Source: Lama glama
Taxonomy: Eukaryota
Assembly: GCA_028534125.1 (NCBI GenBank)
Contig: CM052816.1
Location: 14,014,001 to 14,078,000 of the forward strand
Reading direction: 5' to 3'
Length of the DNA: 64,000 nucleotides
Below, piece by piece: positions 61,390-64,000 of this stretch. A program made the translations under genes and the position numbers. Under the pieces are notes generated by a model. That model was not told where the DNA came from. It was given only the letters and a program-made list of their open reading frames with translations, and ran no database searches. The stretch's first letter is position 1; every line of letters begins with the position of its first letter.

Positions 61390-62850
61390 CAGAAATAAGT
61401 CAAAAATGTCCACTCACCACATCTATTCAACACTGCACTAGAGTCCTGGCCAAGGCAATAAAGCCAGAAAAATAAAAGGCATAAAAATTGGACATGAAGA
61501 AGTAAAACTAACTGTATTGGTAAGCAACATGATGGTATATGCAGAAAACCCTAAGCAATCTACAAAAAGAATTACAAATACTAATAGGTACATTTAACAA
61601 AGTTACAGGATACAACGATCTACAAAAGGGGAGAAAATATTTGCAAATGATGCAACTAAGGCTTAATTTCCAGACTATCTAAACAGTTCATACAACTTAA
61701 TGACAAAAAAAAAAAAATCCCTAAATGGGCAGATCTAAATTAGCAATTCTCCAATGAATAAATACAAATGGCCAATAGGCACATGAAAAGATGCTCAATA
61801 CCACTAATTATCAGAGAAATGCATTCAAAACTACAATGAGGTATCACCTCACACCAGTCAGAATGGCCATCATTCAAAAGTCCATAAACGATAAATGCTG
61901 GAGAGGGTGTGGAGAAAACGGAACCCTCCTACACTGTTGGTGGGAATGCAGTTTGGTGCAGCCATTATGAAAAATAGTATGGAGACTCCTCAAAAAACTA
62001 GCAATAGAGTTATCATATGATCCAACAATCCCTCTCCTGGGCATATATCCACAACCTAAGTGTCCATTGACAGATGACTAAATAAACAAGTTGTGGTATA
62101 TTTATACAATGGACTACTACTCAACCAGAAAAATGAATAAAACAGTGCCATTTGCAGCAACACGGATGATCCTGGATTTCATCATTCTAAGTGAGGTAAG
62201 CCAGAGAAAGAAAGAAAAATACTGTATGGTATCATTCACACGTGGAATCTAAAAAAAGAAAAAAGAAGACACTAATGAACTTACCTATAAAACAGAAACA
62301 GACTCACAGACATAGTAAACAAACTTATGGTTACAGGGGTAGGGGGAAGAGGGTGGGAAGGGATACATCAGGAGTTTGAGATTTACAAATATTAACTACT
62401 ATATATAAAATAAACAACAAATTTCTTCTGTCTAGCACAAGGAACTATATTCAATATCTATAATGAAAAAGAATATGAAAACAAACATATATATGTATAG
62501 GTATGACTCAAACATTACCCTATACACCAGAAATTAACACACTGTAAACTGACTATACTTCAATTAAAAAAAAACTATAAAAAAAGTTACAGGATAGAAA
62601 GTCAAAGTAGTTAACTATAGTAATCCATTATGTTTCTATATACCAGCAATAAGCAATTAGAACTTTAAATGTAAAATAATGCCATTTACAACAGCCTTTT
62701 TAAAGTTTAAAATCCTTACAGATAAATGTAACTAAAGACATACGTGGCCTGTACACTGAAAACTACAAACCGCTGCTCTGAGAAAAAAATGCAGCCCTAA
62801 CTCAACAGAGAGGTCTATCACATTCACAGATTGGAAGATTCACTATTTTT
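61390..62850 (+). mobile_element. Old L1M ORF2 fragment hosting a younger L1
   Basis: CACTCACCACATCTATTCAACA, GAAGAAGTAAAACT, AGAAAACCCTAAG; resumes after 62596 with TTTCTATATACCAGCAAT and TACACTGAAAACTACAAA. Confidence 0.8.
61613..62582 (+). mobile_element. Younger 5'-truncated L1 with 14-bp TSD
   Basis: ORF2 end and 3' UTR homologous to 19459-20278; TSD AAAGTTACAGGATA at 61599-61612 and 62583-62596. Confidence 0.9.
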
Positions 62851-62884
62851 AAGTTGAATCCATAAATAACTCCTCTGTATGTGT

Positions 62885-64000
62885 TTATTAATTCACTTGG
62901 ATATGTTTTAATATCTCTTATTTACCAGACAATGTTCTATTTGCCAAAGATACAGCAGTGAGGAAGATAAAAACCCCTGTCCCCACAGAGCTTACATTTT
63001 AGCCGGGAAAGACAAAATAAACAAGCAAAATTTGTACTCCATAGGGTGATAAGCGCTAGGAAGGAAAACAATGCAGGGCAAGAGGTGAGGAATGACCTAG
63101 GAGAAAGAAATGAAGATTCGGATGGGGTGGAGACACCTTAACAAAGGCCTGATAAAAGTGTGGAAGTGAGGCTTATGGTGGGGGCAGGGGGTACTCCAGG
63201 CAGAGGAAATTAAATGCGAGGCAGAACAAGCCTAGAATGTTCTACAACAAGAAGCATGGCAGAACCATGGCTGGGGCGGAGTGAGCAAGGGGAGGGTGAT
63301 AGTAGATGAGGTCAGAGACGCAGCAAACGGTCAGTTCTGGTAGGGCTTTGGAGGCCATGGTCATCTTTAAAGACTTGGGCTTTTACTCTGGGCAATCTGT
63401 GCAGGGCTGAAGGATTCTGAGCGGAGTGACATGACATGACCCCATCATACTGCAGAAGGAGCCTTGCGGCTGCCATATTGAGAAAGGCCGGGTCCGGAGC
63501 AGAAGCAGCGAGGGGCTGGTCACCGTGATCCAGGCAGGAGAGCACTGTCCTAGATCAAGGGTGGCGATGGAGGTGAGGGAAGTAAATCGACTCCAGACCA
63601 ACTCTGAAGGCAGAATGGACAGGATCGGCTGACCCACTGAGAGGACTGGGGAGAGGGCTCAAGGTTGACTCTAAAGCTTGTGGCTCCAATACGGTGAGGA
63701 ATAATTACTTCCCAAGGTGGGGGAAGACTGTCGGAAGAACAAACTTATGGGGGGAGAAGCAAACAAAACTGCTTTGGGCCTCGTTAATCCTAAGGTGCCT
63801 ACTGGGTGTTGGAGTGGGATGCTGAGTAAGGAGGTAGCTGGGTATGTGAGTCTGACACCGAGGAGCCAGGTCTGAGCTGGAGGTGGTCCACTGAGAGACA
63901 GTATCCAGAGCTAGGGCTGAAGACCACCTAGACAGTGAGGGAAGACGCAACAGTCCCAGGACGAAAGCCTGGGACCCTCCACAGGTGCGGCTTGAAGGAA
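62885..64000 (-). mobile_element. L2 LINE fragment
   Basis: GATACAGCAGTGA..CCCTGTCCCCACAGAGCTTACATT, CCAGGCAGAGGAAA, GACTTGGGCTTTTACTCTG, GAGTGACATGA. Confidence 0.75.

Noticed and set aside
1..64000. Assignment to a named host gene or known miRNA
   Set aside because: No exon or mature miRNA sequence that I recognise; a genome alignment is required.

Overview
Mammalian genomic DNA, most likely a camelid (alpaca/llama/camel). This is inferred from three tRNA-derived SINEs that resemble the camelid Vic-1 family and from young cetartiodactyl-type L1 3' ends. There are two 500-N assembly gaps. I cannot support any protein-coding gene, RNA gene, CRISPR array or prokaryotic element. The listed ORFs are explained by repeats, low complexity, GC-rich patches or N runs. 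The window looks like a large intron or intergenic region, dense in old repeats (MIR, L2, L3/CR1, MLT1/MLT2, hAT and Tigger MITEs, L1M) with younger L1, SINE and ERV1 solo-LTR insertions. Between the repeats are unique blocks that look regulatory. The most notable signals are two dense TCF/LEF (CTTTGWW) motif clusters (39.6-39.8 kb and 57.4-57.6 kb), MIR copies with almost purely A/T-to-G/C divergence that form CpG-rich patches (a candidate gBGC footprint), several nested insertions with target-site duplications, and one low-confidence minus-strand exon near 3.5 kb. I found no evidence for a new biological system beyond these. Repeat family names come from recalled consensus sequences, and boundaries are approximate unless a TSD or TIR is given.
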